DNA of 18,709 nt from Gemmatimonadota bacterium. GTDB lineage: Bacteria > Gemmatimonadota > Gemmatimonadetes > Gemmatimonadales > GWC2-71-9. The notes beneath the pieces were generated by a model. The model saw only the letters and a program-made list of their open reading frames with translations, was not told the DNA's origin and searched no databases. Of this stretch, positions 17,585 to 18,709 are shown one piece after another. Made by a program: the position numbers and the translations under genes. The stretch spans positions 1-18,709 of the forward strand of contig QHTZ01000020.1 of NCBI GenBank assembly GCA_003221005.1. The letters are read 5' to 3'. How positions within the stretch are numbered: position 1 is the first letter of the stretch; the number at the start of each line of letters is the position of its first letter.

Positions 17585-18709
17585 ATGACCGACCCGCGTG
17601 CGGAGTTCCTGAGCCGCGCCCGGCAGGGCGGCCTGGTGCCGGTCGTGCGCCAGGTGGTGCTCGACGCCGACACCGCGGTCGCGGCGTTCGCCAAAGTCGC
17701 GCGGCCGCCGTTCGCGTTCCTGCTCGAGTCGCTGGTGGGAGGCGAGCGCTGGGCGCGCTACACTTTCCTCGGGACCGAGCCGCGGGAGGTGTGGCGGTAC
17801 CGCGAGCGCCGCGTCGAGCGCTGGACGCGGGGCGGCGGGTGGGCGGCGGCGGGCGAGACGGACGATCCGATCGGCCACCTCGCTGAGCGCCTGCGCCGGT
17901 TGCCGGCGATCGCGGTGCCGGACCTGCCGCGGTTCACCGGCGGCGCGGTCGGCTATCTCGGTTACGACCTCGTCCGGACGATCGAGCGCCTCCCGCGGCG
18001 TCCCCCCGATACGCTCGGTCTTCCCGACGCCGTCATGATGATCGCGGACAGCGTCGTGATCCTCGACAACCTGTTCGGACGCGCGATCGTCGTGGTGAAC
18101 GTGGAGGTGCCCGCGGGCGCAAGCGGCGGCGAGCGCGCGCGGCTGTACGAGGCGGCCGACGTCCGGCTCGACGAGCTCGTGGCACGCCTGGGCGCCACGC
18201 ATCAGCTCACGCCGCTCGCCCTGCGGGACGGAGCGACCCCTGTGCCCACGGTGTCCCGCTACCCGCGCGAGGCGTTCGAGCGGGACGTGGGGCGCATCCT
18301 CGAGTACATCAGGGCCGGCGACACCTTCCAGACGGTGCTGTCGCGCCGCCAGGACGCCCCCGGGGCCGCGGACCCGCTGCGCTTGTACCGCTACCTGCGG
18401 GCGCTCAACCCGGCGCCGTACCTCTTTTATCTCGCGCTCGACGACTTCACCTGCGTGGGCAGCTCACCCGAGGTGCTCGTGCGGGTGGAGGACGGGGAGG
18501 TGACGGTGCGGCCGATCGCGGGGACCCGGCCTCGCGGAAAGACGCCGGCCGAGGACGACGCGCTGGCGCAGGTCCTGCTCGCCGACGAGAAAGAGCGCGC
18601 CGAGCACATGATGCTCGTGGATCTGGGCCGCAACGACGTAGGACGCGTCGCGCGGTACGGTACCGTGCGGGTGAGCGACCTCCTCACGATCGAGCGCTAC
18701 TCGCACGTG
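17585..18709 (+). CDS. trpE: Anthranilate synthase component I, 3'-truncated by the window edge
   Basis: Translated by hand because it is absent from the ORF track (no stop in the window): FLLES, RFTGGAVGYLGYD, YIRAGDTFQTVLSRR, NPAPY, GSSPE, PIAGTRPRG, DEKERAEHMMLVDLGRND and ERYSHV. PabB is not fully excluded. Confidence 0.88.
   Translation, partial: MTDPRAEFLSRARQGGLVPVVRQVVLDADTAVAAFAKVARPPFAFLLESLVGGERWARYTFLGTEPREVWRYRERRVERWTRGGGWAAAGETDDPIGHLAERLRRLPAIAVPDLPRFTGGAVGYLGYDLVRTIERLPRRPPDTLGLPDAVMMIADSVVILDNLFGRAIVVVNVEVPAGASGGERARLYEAADVRLDELVARLGATHQLTPLALRDGATPVPTVSRYPREAFERDVGRILEYIRAGDTFQTVLSRRQDAPGAADPLRLYRYLRALNPAPYLFYLALDDFTCVGSSPEVLVRVEDGEVTVRPIAGTRPRGKTPAEDDALAQVLLADEKERAEHMMLVDLGRNDVGRVARYGTVRVSDLLTIERYSHV

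Noticed and set aside
15789-17585. 598-aa + strand ORF
   Set aside because: It is antisense to the signal-peptide-bearing 685-aa gene and has a His/Arg/Ala-rich shadow composition.

Overview
This is a high-GC chromosomal window made up mostly of housekeeping genes. Gene content and repeat style suggest a Gemmatimonadota-like bacterium, which is an inference only. In order it holds: an exported hypothetical protein (-) with a 13-bp hairpin downstream; a DUF421/YetF membrane protein (+); a tightly coupled + strand run tig-clpP-clpX-engB-GT4 glycosyltransferase-exported hypothetical-hybrid GAF/PAS histidine kinase; a converging - strand run of putative outer-membrane beta-barrel, PilB/GspE-type ATPase fused to a C-terminal receiver domain, hisC, hisB, hisH, Nudix hydrolase, hisF and an alkyltransferase-like (Atl) gene; and the 5' part of trpE (+). 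I see no RNA genes, CRISPR array or transposase. Four observations stand out. (1) Short palindromic elements built as 4 tandem 7- or 8-mers, a 17-18 nt spacer and 4 inverted copies lie in frame inside coding genes (engB and a signal peptide), with a single arm in hisF. (2) The secretion/pilus ATPase has a degenerate MshEN-like N-terminus and an intact phospho-receiver. (3) A Nudix hydrolase is translationally coupled at the position usually held by hisA. (4) Recurrent TAGATT/CATACT -10 boxes sit 7-9 nt before start codons, suggesting leaderless transcription, including in a 14-bp divergent intergenic region.
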